A stretch of 64,000 bases of DNA from Eledone cirrhosa. Its lineage: Eukaryota. The position numbers and the translations under genes are program-made. This document shows positions 63,842-64,000 of the stretch, piece by piece (the first letter of the stretch is position 1; every line of letters begins with the position of its first letter). The stretch covers positions 345,340,001-345,404,000 of the forward strand of contig OZ024741.1 in assembly GCA_964016885.1 (NCBI GenBank), written 5' to 3'. Below the pieces are notes generated by a model. It saw only the letters and a program-made list of their open reading frames with translations, was not told the DNA's origin and ran no database searches.

Positions 63842-64000
63842 TGCTCTCTTTGATTTAGGCATTTCTCCCAACTTGTCTTTTTGTTTCCTCAAACCTCTCA
63901 CCACCTTTTCTGACACTCCAAACTCCCTTCCTGCTGATCTATTTCCAAATTCTTCTGCATAACCAACCACCTTTAACTTGAAAACTGTTGGATAACTTTT
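63842..64000 (-). repeat. Inverted copy of the pogo 5' coding region
   Basis: Reverse complement of ~62747-62905; runs off the window end. Confidence 0.9.

Overview
AT-rich eukaryotic genomic DNA, most likely an octopus or other coleoid cephalopod (inferred from dense (TA)n/(CATA)n/(CA)n microsatellites, a recurrent tRNA-derived SINE, RTE and R4/Dong LINEs, and C2H2 zinc-finger remnants). I see no intact host protein-coding gene. The window has two sharply different parts. (1) About 1-22 kb is ordinary repeat-rich sequence with mixed orientation: microsatellites, SINEs, MITEs, an R4/Dong LINE (+), an RTE LINE (-), and many short palindromes with hammerhead-like cores that resemble Penelope-like element ends. 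(2) About 22.1-64 kb is nearly microsatellite-free and packed with about 40 recognisable fragments. These come from many TE groups (piggyBac, hAT, Merlin, Chapaev3, Tc1, mariner, pogo/Tigger, Gypsy, RTE, CRE, Tx1-like) and from at least 10 endogenous parvovirus-like pieces of several distinct viruses. Essentially all are on the + strand. This is the architecture expected of a uni-strand (flamenco-like) piRNA cluster transcribed from the - strand that archives both transposons and viruses. The two large parvoviral inserts also show capsid (VP) upstream of NS1 on the same strand, the reverse of the canonical monosense parvovirus order. All homology calls are from motif recognition by eye; no searches were run.
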